The notes: generated by a model from the letters alone, not told the origin. Shown: positions 1-10,753, counted from the first letter of the stretch. The stretch is 64,000 bases of DNA from Anaerolineales bacterium (GCA_049516595.1 JBEKSY010000015.1:2938-66937), one strand, 5' to 3'. A program made the numbers and translations.

Positions 1-150
1 GCCAAGACGAGCCAAGCGAGCCCTCGCTTCTTCGCCGGTCAGTCCTCGGTGCAGCCGTGTGTCAAGCTGGTCGGCAATTTCCTCCACCGAGGCGGCATGG
101 GGGGCTGCGTGGTCCAAGGGAGCAGGTTGGGTTGCGTTCTCGTTGAGCAT
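1..150 (-). CDS. Cation-transporting P-type ATPase, N-terminal fragment (runs off the window edge)
   Basis: Manual translation from the ATG at 150 gives MLNENATQPAPLDHAAPHAASVEEIADQLDTRLHRGLTGEEARARLARLG. This matches the GLTxEEAxxRLxxxG(PN) cation ATPase N-terminal motif. Not in the ORF track. Confidence 0.75.
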   Translation of the reverse strand, partial: MLNENATQPAPLDHAAPHAASVEEIADQLDTRLHRGLTGEEARARLARLG

Positions 151-215
151 CAGAAGAAGGTGAAGGTTGGGGAGCCCACGGTGGTTATTCCTGCGCTTCG
201 CACTGCGGCCCCGGG

Positions 216-1427
216 TTATGCCATCGCATGGGTGAGAATCCCTGCTTCCATGAGAGCCTGACCAACGTTCCCAAAAACCGGGTAACCCAAGCCCTGCAGG
301 ACTTTGCTGCGCTGCGGAGTGCTCCCGATCCCCCAGGGGTGGAGGGCGACTTCCGCCCCGTGTCCCCTCAGCAGGTCTACGGCCTGCTCTACTCCGCGCA
401 GGCTGGACGGAGAGTCCTCAAAGACGTGCAGATCAATCTCTCCTTCTTGGAAGGAAGTCAAGGCGCCGGTCAGTCGATCTTCCTCGAAGAGTCGGCAGGC
501 AGACAGCAGGGCGTCCTCGTCCATCGCCCCGAGCGTTCTGGCCATCGCCGCCAGGGCATGGACCGGAGAGGGCTTCAGGTAGGCGTCGGAATAGACGTGG
601 CGTTCGCCGGCCAGCCAGCGAAGCTGGCCGAAGCCAACAACAGGCCAATGGGCCAGCCCGACCCGCTCCAGGGTGACCTCCGCCTCGGGCGCATACTCGC
701 CCCCTACGGCGGATGGCATGACGGGCTTGGTCAGTCGCAGGGTGAAAACGGCGGCACGTGTCTCCCCGTTGCTCGTGCAGCTCACGAGATCCTGGGTCTC
801 CTCGGCCGAGAGAGTGGGACCGTCGCTTTCCCAGAGAAAGGAGGTCGTTTCAAAAGAGGGTTCTTCGGCGTAGGTCAAGCGGAAACCCTCGGATCCCAGG
901 GTGAAGTGTTGGAAGACGCGCATCGTCACGGAGCTACGGAAGTCGCGCGTCTGCCCAAGGAGAATCTCCAGTGCCCTCGCCAGCTCCTGCCTGCGTCCCT
1001 CGGCATCTCCGCGTTGCGTCGCGGCGAGAAGGAGAGCGAGCGCCACACGGGGCGGAGGGGTCCCGGGGAGCCTCGCGGCCGAAATCCTCTCGCCCCAGTC
1101 GGCATAGTCAGGTTGAGGAAGGACGCCAGCGGCTCGATCGCGAATGGCCGACAGAATGCCCTCCCAAGTTCCGGGCAGGCGCAGCTGAGGATCACGGCGC
1201 CACAGATCGGTCACGAGGACCGCCAAGCAAATGGCCGATGAGTCCCACTCGGACGTCAAACCGTTGATCTCCAGAGATTCAATCGCGTCCTCATCCGGGG
1301 CCAGATCTCCAAGCCCCATCAGGCGACTAAAGTGATTCACGGTCGCCTGCAGGGCCCGTTGGTAGCCCCCGAGAGTAATCAAAACCCCGTCGAGATCGAA
1401 AAGGAGAATTCTACGCGCCAGTGGCAT
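216..1427 (-). CDS. HAD-superfamily hydrolase-like protein (long cap insertion)
   Basis: Motif I ILLFDLDGVL follows the probable start MPLARR at 1427. Later motifs YLKPSPVH and VFEDSPS are also present. The ORF-track extension to 1619 looks spurious. Confidence 0.72.
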   Translation of the reverse strand: MPLARRILLFDLDGVLITLGGYQRALQATVNHFSRLMGLGDLAPDEDAIESLEINGLTSEWDSSAICLAVLVTDLWRRDPQLRLPGTWEGILSAIRDRAAGVLPQPDYADWGERISAARLPGTPPPRVALALLLAATQRGDAEGRRQELARALEILLGQTRDFRSSVTMRVFQHFTLGSEGFRLTYAEEPSFETTSFLWESDGPTLSAEETQDLVSCTSNGETRAAVFTLRLTKPVMPSAVGGEYAPEAEVTLERVGLAHWPVVGFGQLRWLAGERHVYSDAYLKPSPVHALAAMARTLGAMDEDALLSACRLFEEDRLTGALTSFQEGEIDLHVFEDSPSSLRGVEQAVDLLRGHGAEVALHPWGIGSTPQRSKVLQGLGYPVFGNVGQALMEAGILTHAMA

Positions 1428-1888
1428 CAGGTAGGGTGGGTCGCTCGAATGGCTCAGCCTCTCTCGGGCCGACGAACGCAATCGATTATAAACAGTGTTG
1501 TCGATTCTGTTCCCGAAAGCCGCCCAGGAGGGTGTCCCTATTCCCTTCCGGATCCACCTTCGAGGTGGCCTCTTCCACACGCACCAGTTGCGGACGCACA
1601 AGGTTAGCGGGTGGAGCACCTCTACAAGTTGTTTCCCCGGAATGAAGAGGTCGCAAGGTGAACCGATCGGGGTCCGGCCCTAGCCTGCAGTCAATCACCT
1701 GCACCGGGTGAGCGGGTTAGACCCCAGGCATCATGGGCGAAGCCCTGGCCAAGCCAGGGCTTCGCGGTGACTCTTTTCTCAGAAGTTGTAACTCAATTCG
1801 CGAATGCGCCCTCTTCTGGCGGCCTCCTACCGATGTCTCGCTGGAATTCCGGGTCTCTGCGGCTCGGTCCCCCAGCCGAAGAGCCGGT

Positions 1889-3124
1889 TCAGCGAGCGCC
1901 TCCGCTGGCTTGCACCAGGCTCCGTGGCTCCTGTAATCGCAAGCTCAAGAAGATGCTAGCGGCCATGAGCACGATCAGGGCGATCAGAGAGGGGGTCATC
2001 GCGCCGGTGGTTGGAGTCCGGAAGCTGTCCATTGCGAAAATAAAAGCGATGCCCGAGATCTGCCCCATCAAGATCAGCATGCCGTAGGAGGTCCCCTCCG
2101 GGGCGGGCAGCGTGACCTCGGCCCCGTACTGGAATCCAATCGGGGCCGCGCTGAGCAAGAAAAATCCCAAGAACAGGGCCGACGCGATCAGGAGAGCGTA
2201 GCTCCCAAAGAAGGTGAGACCGGCCAGGCCCAGGGTCCCGCCGATCAGGGCGACCACGATGAAGGGAACCCTCCTGTGGTAGTGATCCGAAAGAGAGGGC
2301 AGGATCACTGCGCCGACGATGCCTCCCACGACCATCAAGGCCCCGATGATCCCGGCTTGGGTCGCGTCAAGGCCCCGAGGTTTGACAATATCCTCAATCC
2401 AGGTAGAAACCGCATTGAACAAACCCAAAGCCACGAAGAAGATGACCATCATCACCTGGAAGTCCGGGTTGGTCACCATTTGGCGAAGCCCGTCAAACAT
2501 GAGAGAACGAGCCTCCTGCTCGGGAGGACAAGGCGGCGTCGCCGGCCGTTCTCGCACCAGGGCAAAGAACAGGACACCGGAAATCACGGAGATGATGCCG
2601 TAGGTGAGCAGCATTCCCGCGATTCCTGAGCGAAGCGCCAACAAGGGCGTGACGACCATCCCAACGACAATACCGAGGAACAACGCCAGGGAGGTGAACC
2701 CCACGATCGTCGCCCGATCGCTCACGGGAAACCAGCGTGCGACCACTTTGGTCTGGGCATTAAGGACAAAGGGCTGGCCGATAGCAATCCCGATCTGGGC
2801 GACCAACACCCAGGTGTAGGAAGGCGCAACCAGACCCCGGAGCAGGCCAAAGATGGCTGTGAAGGCGGCGCCGATCCCCACGCCGACACGAATCCCGTAG
2901 GTGTCAATGGCCCAGGAGGCAGGGATCGACATGATGATGAAGACAATCATGAAGCTCATGGAGAGAAGGCCGATGCTCAGGTCGGAGACGCCGTAGAATT
3001 TCCCCGCGTCAACGGTTATGGATGCAAAGGTAATCCACAGCATCTGAGTGACGGCGACCACCGCCGCAAAGGCCACAAGCACAACCCAACGGTAGCCGTA
3101 GACCGTGAAAGTGTTCTTTTCCAT
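1889..3124 (-). CDS. MFS transporter
   Basis: 411 aa with about 12 hydrophobic segments, YGYRWVVL N-terminus and motif-A-like WAIDTYGIR. An SD-like GAGGTAGG lies upstream. Confidence 0.92.
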   Translation of the reverse strand: MEKNTFTVYGYRWVVLVAFAAVVAVTQMLWITFASITVDAGKFYGVSDLSIGLLSMSFMIVFIIMSIPASWAIDTYGIRVGVGIGAAFTAIFGLLRGLVAPSYTWVLVAQIGIAIGQPFVLNAQTKVVARWFPVSDRATIVGFTSLALFLGIVVGMVVTPLLALRSGIAGMLLTYGIISVISGVLFFALVRERPATPPCPPEQEARSLMFDGLRQMVTNPDFQVMMVIFFVALGLFNAVSTWIEDIVKPRGLDATQAGIIGALMVVGGIVGAVILPSLSDHYHRRVPFIVVALIGGTLGLAGLTFFGSYALLIASALFLGFFLLSAAPIGFQYGAEVTLPAPEGTSYGMLILMGQISGIAFIFAMDSFRTPTTGAMTPSLIALIVLMAASIFLSLRLQEPRSLVQASGGAR

Positions 3125-3448
3125 GGCACCCTACCTCCTCGAAGAGGGTTGCCTTCCTGGAATGGTGTCGCGCTAGCCGAGTTTCCACTCCGAACGCATG
3201 TGCAACGAACGCCACCTTGTCTCCTGTTACAACACCAATCGCGCGACTTAGGGTTCTCCGCTCGACACCCTCCTCTCCGCCAGGCGGACGCACAAGCATC
3301 CCCTGGGCAAGCTTCGCGCTCGCAGTCCCTGCGGCCCGGGTGCCTTTCATCTGGAAGTCAGCTATCTTTCCATCCGGGCATTTCGGTCTATTCCCTCGTC
3401 ATCCCCGGGCTCTCGTCTGAGGAGACTCACTCATCCCCTCCAAGAAGC

Positions 3449-3805
3449 TCAGCGGGGTAACCCATCACCCGGGATTCCAAACCAGGGGTGGATCTCGTAG
3501 ATCAAGCGGCCGGCCTTGACCGCCGGGTCTTCCTCCAGCAGTTGCCGAACCTCATCCTCGTCCGTGGCCGCGAAGATCCCTATGCCCCGCAAGCTCCCTT
3601 CGTCCGTCACGGGCCCGTTGAGGAGCAGCTTTCCCTCCGCCCGCAACCAGAACAGGTGGCGCAGGTGCTCCATTTGCAGCCGATCGGCCTCGGCGGGCGG
3701 CAGATCTCTGTGTGGCCCGGTTTTGTAGAGGAAGGCGGTGTATTGCCTTCCCGATGCGACCTTCTTCCGAATGGTCTCATCCGTGATCTCTGCTCGTGAC
3801 CTCAT
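3449..3805 (-). CDS. YciI family protein
   Basis: EHLRHL...GKLLLNGP...EDPAVKAG...EIHPW pattern (His/Asp dyad). The probable start is MRSRAE at 3805. Confidence 0.8.
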   Translation of the reverse strand: MRSRAEITDETIRKKVASGRQYTAFLYKTGPHRDLPPAEADRLQMEHLRHLFWLRAEGKLLLNGPVTDEGSLRGIGIFAATDEDEVRQLLEEDPAVKAGRLIYEIHPWFGIPGDGLPR

Positions 3806-4240
3806 TCGAGCGGCTCCTTGCTGAGAAGTGGACCGACTTTCAATATCACGGCAATCCTGTCCCCGAGTCACCCAACAGATACAAATAACCCGTCCTGGCA
3901 TGCGAGAGCGGCTCTACAAAACGGCAGGTTGAGCCACGGCGGATTGGCAGATCCGGAGGGCATTGATCGGTGGTGGCACGTTCGTCTTTCCATTATTATT
4001 AGACCATAGTGGGCCGGGGGCCTGGGCACGAGCGGGTTGTGCCTGAGATTGCCTGGAGGGCAGGTCCCACTGGGCCATGGGGCGGCGAAAGGGAGCGGAA
4101 ATCTCACCCGAACCCAGCAGACGCCTCTGCGGCGCGGATGGGTCAGAGCACTCGGGGCAGGGCCCATCCGACGGACATCCAGGCGCTGCCACCAGCCCAT
4201 CGGGGACACACTTCTTTGCAAGATAGACGGAGACCAATCG

Positions 4241-4984
4241 ATGACCATTCCAGATATCCCCACCGTAGCCGAGGTAAGTGGAAAGTCCAGGAGTGGGATT
4301 AACTACCACATCTTGGGGACTGTGCAGCAGACATTGGCCGTGGATTTGCAGCCCGGCCAGCAGGTCTACACCGATGCAGGTGCCATGTCTTGGATGACCG
4401 CCTCGGCCAGCATGAACACCAGTTCAGGGGGAGGACTGGGCGGGATGCTCAAGCGGGCCGCGTCCGGGGCGACTGCCTTCATCATCAATTTCGCGGCCTC
4501 GGGCGAACCCGGCCAAGCCGCATTCAGCACCGATTTCCCCGGCAAGATCCTGCCGGTGGAACTGGACGCCGGGCAGTCCATTGTGATGCACAAGCACGCG
4601 TTTCTGTGCGCGGAGAAGAGTGTCACTCTGGACGTTTTCTTCACCCGGAAGCTGGGGGCGGGTTTCTTTGGTGGAGAGGGTTTCATCCTTCAGAAGCTGA
4701 CCGGACCCGGGATCGCATTCGGCGAGCTGGATGGGGACGCCGTTGAGTACCATCTGAAATCGGGCGAGGTCATGAAAGTCGAACCCGGCCACGTGGCCAT
4801 GTTTGAAGCGACGGTGGCTTTCGATATCGAGATGATCAAGGGAATGACCAACATTCTGCTCGGAGGAGAGGGGGTATTCCTGGCCACGCTGAAGGGCCCT
4901 GGGCGGATCTGGCTCCACTCGATGACGGTGAGCAAGATGGCTCACCGCCTGGTGGAGTATCTGCCGGCCAAGTCGAGTGGATGA
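4241..4984 (+). CDS. TIGR00266 / AIM24 family protein
   Basis: VYTDAGAMSWM, GGEGFILQKLTGPG and GGEGVFLATLKGPGRIWLHSM repeats. Start at the ATG at 4241. Confidence 0.9.
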   Translation: MTIPDIPTVAEVSGKSRSGINYHILGTVQQTLAVDLQPGQQVYTDAGAMSWMTASASMNTSSGGGLGGMLKRAASGATAFIINFAASGEPGQAAFSTDFPGKILPVELDAGQSIVMHKHAFLCAEKSVTLDVFFTRKLGAGFFGGEGFILQKLTGPGIAFGELDGDAVEYHLKSGEVMKVEPGHVAMFEATVAFDIEMIKGMTNILLGGEGVFLATLKGPGRIWLHSMTVSKMAHRLVEYLPAKSSG

Positions 4985-5096
4985 AGGCATCCCTCAACTC
5001 GGACCCTCCTCCAAGGTAGCGGAGCCTCCACATAGAGAAATGCGTGGGTATGACTCGCGCGCGGCGAAAACAGGCTGCCCCGCCTCAGCAGATCGA

Positions 5097-5130
5097 CGAG
5101 GACGCGCTCCGAGACTGGAGCGCGTCCTCG
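5097..5130. repeat. Perfect 14-bp inverted repeat (possible terminator or REP-like element)
   Basis: CGAGGACGCGCTCC-GAGACT-GGAGCGCGTCCTCG, about 110 nt downstream of the TIGR00266 stop. There is no clear U-tract. Confidence 0.6.
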
Positions 5131-5869
5131 TATCCCGTTTGTGACCGTCTCATCCTCAGGCTTTCGTTGGAATTGGTGTCGTTGCTGACTCACCGGGAAA
5201 GGAACCACCGCCAACGTACCTGCATGGCCTGTGAATAGTATTGGTCACTTCCGAACGCCACAATAGCTCTTGTATTGGACACACTCTTTCCAGGCCGGAC
5301 CATAACACATACCGGAACCGAGAGCCCTGCACGCAGCCTGACCGGCTTTGCCTCCGGGCGCAAGAACACAGCCGATTTGTGCTGCCGCAAGGCAGGAAGT
5401 GGATTCGCGACCGGGGTGGTAGACGGTCTTGGCCCCAACCCACCAACAATTGCCGCTGGGTCGCATGCGTGGGCGCCAGGATTCACACTTTCTATGGCTC
5501 TATGCTGGCTCTGGTCGTGTGAGGCGCAGTTTGCCTGGCTAGAACTCCGCGCTATCATCGATTGAGCGTGGCAGGCTCGATGGTTATTCGGGCGTTTCTC
5601 ATGCGCTTGTAAGGGTCGAGGAATGAAGGGAATTCGGGTAACGAAACCTAATGACTGATGAGTTGAGTGAACCCATGAGCCTGGAAAAGGCGTGCAATCA
5701 AAGCACTTCAACGGATCCCAAATCGACGCTGATTCAAACCGAATGCGCCAGGACCGGCTTGCTCCATGCTCCATATACCCCAAGCTCCATCGGCAGCCTA
5801 GTTGAGAGCACAGCACAAGCGCCGAACGCCTTGGAGCCAAACGTACACCACGTCGCAGTGCTCATTTCG

Positions 5870-6250
5870 CTACAATTGGGCGGTTCCTTTCCTGAAAATT
5901 CCCTCGGGTTTCTCGGCGTTCACTTGCCCGTCCACCTTGCCCCATCTTCCAGGCTTGCAGAAGGTCATATCTTCCCTGGCGACTTCCTCCGAAGAAGAAT
6001 CCGACTCGGCTGAGTAGCGCTGCAACTCTTGCCGAAAGGGGTATCGGGGATTGAACTCGTAGAGTAGAGTTCTGCCGACCTGTTTGGTTGTCAATACCCC
6101 GCCCGCTTCGAGTTTCACGAGCTGCTTCGGGATGGAATCGGGATCTGACTTGAAGAACCTTGCGATCTCGCGCGTGTAACCCTGCCCCCTCGTAAGAATG
6201 TAGACAAGGACCCTTTCAGCGCTTGTTGATCCAAGTATCGGTTCGAGCAC
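5870..6250 (-). pseudogene. Winged-helix (ArsR-like) regulator, C-terminus apparently frameshifted
   Basis: VLEPILGSTSAERVLVYIL...YTREIARFF...QLVKLEAGGVL...VGRTLLYEFNPRYPFRQELQ is a recognisable wHTH. After ELQ the frame becomes implausible, while an alternative frame reads ALLSRVGFF, resembling the family continuation as I recall it. Confidence 0.6.
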
Positions 6251-6312
6251 TATGAGTAGCCTTTCATCTGCCAGACTGACTCCGGCACGTGTGAGAAGAT
6301 GGCTCACATATG

Positions 6313-6357
6313 TCAGAGAATATCTGAGATTATGAACACGTCTAATGGGGTTGGCAA
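6313..6357 (-). promoter_or_regulatory. Sigma70-type promoter with overlapping operator for the wHTH gene
   Basis: Minus strand TTGCCA (6352-6357)-N17-CATAAT (6329-6334). The inverted repeat TCAGA-N5-TCTGA (6313-6327) spans the predicted start site. Confidence 0.55.
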
Positions 6358-6631
6358 GGGTGCGAAGCGGATGTCAACCGGCCTCGAGCTAGGCCGCGCG
6401 CCTCGCCGGGCTGATTCATGTATAGCCAATTTCAGACCGGGTAGGCCCCTGACCTTGGCAGACCTTACCCGCCCCCTCAGACTCCATGCCCCGAGGGGGC
6501 TATTCTTGGATCTACAACCACAACATCCATATAACGAATACTGACAACTTCTATGGAACTACGCCACAATTCTGTAACGATCACCGTCACCTAGCAACCC
6601 GTCTCCATGGAGGCAATACGCCGACTGAGTA

Positions 6632-8452
6632 TCAGGTCCCTTGGGTGAGCCATGAGGGAGCATTGATGGAGGCCAACGACTGGTGGCGGAAATAGGTGTT
6701 ATACAGTTCGGCATACAGCCCGCCCTGGGCCATGAGCATTTCGTGGGTCCCCATCGCCACGATTCGCCCCCGATCCATCACCACAATGCGGTCCGCGTGT
6801 CTAACCGTCGAGAGACGGTGGGCGATCACAATCGAGGTCCGGTGGCGCATCACCCTGCTCAACCCTTCTTGAATCTGCGACTCGGTGAATGGATCGACGC
6901 TCGCGGTGGCTTCGTCCAGGATTAGAATCGCCGGATTCTTGAGAAGCACGCGCGCCAGCGCCACCAGCTGCCTCTGCCCCATCGAAAGGTTCGAACCCCG
7001 CTCGCCCACATCGGTGTCCAGACCCTGCGGCAGGTCTTCAATCCAGTCCCCTGTGCTGATGTGCATCGCTGCCTGGATCACCTCGTCCCGAGTCACCTGG
7101 GGCTTTCCATAGCGGATGTTTTCCTGCACTGTGCCTGAGAAAAGGAACGGGTCCTGCGGAACCAAGCCTACGTGGGAGCGGTATTGGTCAAGATCCAGCC
7201 GGCGGATATCGCGGCCATCGATCAGGAGCTGCCCCGACTGAAATTCATAGAAGCGCAGGATCAGGTTGGCCACGCTGCTCTTTCCTGCCCCCGTATGGCC
7301 TACGAGGGCGATAGTCTCTTGCGGCCGAATCTCGAGGGAGTAGTCCGGGAGGACAATCTCCCTTCCGGTGTAGGTGAAGCCAAGATGACGGAACTCGATC
7401 CTCCCTTCGACCCGGTCTACGGGTTCCGAGGCGACCTGGCTCACCTTGGGTTCCGTGTCGATCAACGCGAAGACACGCTCCGAGGCCGACAGCCCGTCCT
7501 GAAACTGGCTCCAGAAGGAAGCAATGCTCATCATCGGGAAAAGATAGAAACCCACCGCTTGCATGAAGAGATACCAATCCCCCGGCGTGACTGCGCCGGT
7601 ACGGACGGAAAGACCGCCCGCATAGACCAGCAGAGCAATCCCCAAGCCGGAGGTCAATCCCATGATCGGGAAGATCGTGTCGAGCGTGATGCCTCTCCGC
7701 ACGCCCACCTGATACGCCTGGCGGTTGTTGGTCTCGAAGGTGTTGTAGATAGCGCGCTCCTGGCGGTAAGCCTTGGCGACCATGATCCCGCTCACGGATT
7801 CCTGAATCTGGGCATTGATCTTGGCCGTCACGCGCCGCGCGTGCTGGGTTACCTGCCGCGCGATCCGTCGGAATCCCAAGGCAATCGCCGCCGCGATTGG
7901 TGCCATGGCGACCAGCAGGAGAGCGAGCTTCCAGCTAACATGGAGGAGCCAAACGGTCAGCAATGCAACCAGGAGCACCTGGCTGATGAGACTCACCACC
8001 AGCGAGACCACATCAGAGAAGTCCTGGGTGTCCGAGGTGACGCGGCTGACAATCTTCCCGGAGGCATGCTCTTCGAAGAAGGACAGATCATGCCGGATTG
8101 TAGCGTTGAAGACGTCTTCCCGCAGCCTGAGGACGACGTTTCCGACGACGCGCGCCGAGACCCATTGCTGGATGAAATTCATGACCCAGCCCAAAAGGCC
8201 CAGCCCCAGGACGGCCCCGGCCAAGAGAAGCATCTCGCGGGTGCTGGGATTCCGTGCCACCACGTCAAGGGTCTGGGAAATGACAATCGGGCCGCCGGAG
8301 CCCGCGATGGAGTTGAGCGCGATCACGAGCGCAATGATGGCCACCTGGAGGGTATAGGGCTGGAAGTAGGCGATGATCCGAGCCAGCAGATCCCGATCTC
8401 GGTAATTGCGGTCGTAGGGCTCAGATTCCAGTCCGTCGAGAATAAAACCCAT
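6632..8452 (-). CDS. ABC exporter, fused permease/ATPase (heterodimer subunit)
   Basis: TMD plus NBD: Walker A GHTGAGKS, degenerate signature LSMGQRQ, Walker B LILDEATA. Confidence 0.95.
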   Translation of the reverse strand: MGFILDGLESEPYDRNYRDRDLLARIIAYFQPYTLQVAIIALVIALNSIAGSGGPIVISQTLDVVARNPSTREMLLLAGAVLGLGLLGWVMNFIQQWVSARVVGNVVLRLREDVFNATIRHDLSFFEEHASGKIVSRVTSDTQDFSDVVSLVVSLISQVLLVALLTVWLLHVSWKLALLLVAMAPIAAAIALGFRRIARQVTQHARRVTAKINAQIQESVSGIMVAKAYRQERAIYNTFETNNRQAYQVGVRRGITLDTIFPIMGLTSGLGIALLVYAGGLSVRTGAVTPGDWYLFMQAVGFYLFPMMSIASFWSQFQDGLSASERVFALIDTEPKVSQVASEPVDRVEGRIEFRHLGFTYTGREIVLPDYSLEIRPQETIALVGHTGAGKSSVANLILRFYEFQSGQLLIDGRDIRRLDLDQYRSHVGLVPQDPFLFSGTVQENIRYGKPQVTRDEVIQAAMHISTGDWIEDLPQGLDTDVGERGSNLSMGQRQLVALARVLLKNPAILILDEATASVDPFTESQIQEGLSRVMRHRTSIVIAHRLSTVRHADRIVVMDRGRIVAMGTHEMLMAQGGLYAELYNTYFRHQSLASINAPSWLTQGT

Positions 8453-8484
8453 CGTTTCGTTCCCCTCAAGCGATCTGTCAGAAC

Positions 8485-10239
8485 CTACTCATACCGGGAG
8501 AAGATCTTGCGATAATCGACGCTGCGCGCCATTAGGTCCTCATGCGTCCCCAGGTCGGCCAACTGGCCCCGGCGCAGGACCAGGATCCGGTCCGCCCACC
8601 GTATCTGACTTAGCCGGTGAGTAATCAGGAAGGTCGTTCGCTCCTGGCTGATCCGGCGCATGGCCCGCTGGATCAGGTCCTCCGTGGCGCTGTCGATCGC
8701 GCTGGTGCTGTCGTCGAGAATCAGGATCCGAGGATCCGTGAGAAAGGCTCGCGCGATCGCCAGGCGCTGACGCTGTCCCCCCGAGAGGGTCACGCCGCGC
8801 TCGCCAATGACCGTGTCGTAACCGTCTGCGAAGCTCATGATGAACTCATGCGCCTGAGCCTCTCTGGCCGCACGCTCGATTTCCTCCCGCGTCGCCTGCG
8901 CTCTACCGAAAGCGATGTTCTCAGCGATGGTGCGTGAGAAAAGGAAGATGTCCTGCTCGATCGTGGAAATCTGCGAGCGCAGAGATTCCAGGGTCCACTC
9001 GCGCACGTCCACGCCGTCGACACAAACGCTACCTCCAGCGACGTCGAAGATGCGGTTGATCAGCCGCGTGAGGGTCGTCTTGCCCGATCCTGTCTGGCCG
9101 ACAATGGCGATGGTCTCTCCCGCGTGCGCGGAGAAGCTCACCCCTCTCAGGACCGGCTGGCCGTCGTAGCCGAAAGACACCCGACGAAACTCGACCTCGC
9201 CGCGCATGGGCGCCGAGTGGCCTTGCTCGTTCCGATCCAGGTCAGATTTGGCATTGATCATCTCGAGGATCCGCTTCGCGCTGGCGATCCCCAGCTGAAC
9301 CAGGTCGAAGGAGAAGAGGGAAATCGAAGTCGGGAAGCGCAACCCGCCCATCAAACCCACGAAGGACACGACCTCCCCCAGAGTGATCAGGCCTGACCGC
9401 CAGACCAGCAAGGCATGGAAGAAGCCGGCCGCCCAGCAGATGCTGAAGGCGAGCATGGGGAAGTAAGTTGCCTCCACTTCCCCTTGCTTGACATAGTAGT
9501 CACGGAAGATGCGAGCGTTGTGGGTGAACTTGTTCCCCTCGAAGTGCTCCTGGACATTGGCCTTGACGACCTCGATGCCAGCGATGGCCTCCGCCAAGCC
9601 CGCGTTCACCACCCCAAACTGTTCGCGCATCCCAACCGTGACAGGGCTCAGGCGTCGGTTGTAGTCAACCAGGGTTACTACCAGAAGCACTACGAAGATC
9701 AAGGGCAGCAGGAGCAGACGCGGATTAATCGTGCCGATCAGGAGGACGGGGATGATGACGTTCATGATCGTGTCGGTGATCAGCATCATCCCCGGGCTAA
9801 ACATTAGATTGAGGGTGTGCACATCATTGGTGGCGCGAGCCATGATGTCGCCGATCCGCTGGCGCCCGTGGAAGGTCTGGCTTTTGCCCAGGAGGCTAAC
9901 GTACAGCTCGTGCCGCGCGTCACGTTCGATGCGCTGCGCCAGAAACTCACCGGAGTAGTTGCGCACCAGGCCGGTCAGCCCCTGCGAGGCAGCGGCGCCC
10001 AGAACGGCCAGCGCTGCCAGGATCAACTGCAGGTGAGTCCAATTCGTGCGGGTGATCAGGTCGAAGGCCCGGCCAATGAGGATCTGCACGTAGCTGAAGG
10101 CGGTGTTGTTTCCAATGGCAGCCAGGATCATCAGCAGGGGAAAAATCGGATAGCGGATCGCATGAGATGCAATCCAACGCACCGGTCCCGTCCGGTCATA
10201 ACGAAACTCCCCCTCAAGGGAAAACTCGGACTTTTCCAT
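8485..10239 (-). CDS. ABC exporter, fused permease/ATPase (heterodimer partner)
   Basis: GQTGSGKT, LSGGQRQ and Walker B LILDDSTS (Asp in place of the catalytic Glu). Together with the neighbour this gives the classic asymmetric heterodimeric exporter pattern. Probable start MEKSEF at 10239. Confidence 0.95.
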   Translation of the reverse strand: MEKSEFSLEGEFRYDRTGPVRWIASHAIRYPIFPLLMILAAIGNNTAFSYVQILIGRAFDLITRTNWTHLQLILAALAVLGAAASQGLTGLVRNYSGEFLAQRIERDARHELYVSLLGKSQTFHGRQRIGDIMARATNDVHTLNLMFSPGMMLITDTIMNVIIPVLLIGTINPRLLLLPLIFVVLLVVTLVDYNRRLSPVTVGMREQFGVVNAGLAEAIAGIEVVKANVQEHFEGNKFTHNARIFRDYYVKQGEVEATYFPMLAFSICWAAGFFHALLVWRSGLITLGEVVSFVGLMGGLRFPTSISLFSFDLVQLGIASAKRILEMINAKSDLDRNEQGHSAPMRGEVEFRRVSFGYDGQPVLRGVSFSAHAGETIAIVGQTGSGKTTLTRLINRIFDVAGGSVCVDGVDVREWTLESLRSQISTIEQDIFLFSRTIAENIAFGRAQATREEIERAAREAQAHEFIMSFADGYDTVIGERGVTLSGGQRQRLAIARAFLTDPRILILDDSTSAIDSATEDLIQRAMRRISQERTTFLITHRLSQIRWADRILVLRRGQLADLGTHEDLMARSVDYRKIFSRYE

Positions 10240-10416
10240 GGAAGAGACGACCTGTGGGCAATGTCGCATTATACATGGCGCCTCCCTCCCCGCACAGGGT
10301 GAACCCACGAGGGGCTGAGTGGACCTCCCGTACGGACCGGGCGGAGCCTACCTGGAATGGACCGGGCCGCAACTCTGTGATGAAGGAGAGGCCAAGCCGC
10401 TCATCCCTTCAGAGTT

Positions 10417-10444
10417 TTGACAAGCCAGCGAAAACAGGTAGAAT
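10417..10444 (+). promoter_or_regulatory. Sigma70 promoter of tRNA-Leu
   Basis: TTGACA-N16-TAGAAT ending 13 nt upstream of the tRNA. Confidence 0.7.
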
Positions 10445-10457
10445 GTGTGAACTCGTT

Positions 10458-10541
10458 GCCGAAGTGGCGGAAATGGCAGACGCGCTGCGTTCAGGGCGCA
10501 GTGGCCGCAAGGCCGTCGGGGTTCAACTCCCCGCTTCGGCA
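10458..10541 (+). tRNA. tRNA-Leu (CAG)
   Basis: GCCGAAG acceptor pairs with CTTCGGC. D-loop GGAAATGGCAGAC, anticodon arm CTGCG-TTCAGGG-CGCAG, long variable arm GGCC-GCAA-GGCC, T-loop GGTTCAACTCC. CCA is not encoded. Confidence 0.97.
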
Positions 10542-10753
10542 CTGACCGGACAAGTAGGTCCCTTTTCGTTTGTCCGTAGGCTCTCCCAAAGAATCAACGG
10601 CCAGCCCCCGGGGGCTGGACAATGTCTTCTGGCATGAAATCTTTCCAAAGCAGGCATCTGCCCGCTGAGTCAGCGCAGGGAGAGCCGCAAACCCCCGGAG
10701 CTACCCTTCGTTTCGAGGGCTGGCGCGCCCCTCCCTGCCCGCGGCCCGCCGCA

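Noticed and set aside
10500-10750. tRNA-Leu as an integration site for an island
   Set aside because: I saw no duplicated tRNA 3' end and no integrase in the window, and kdgK follows directly.
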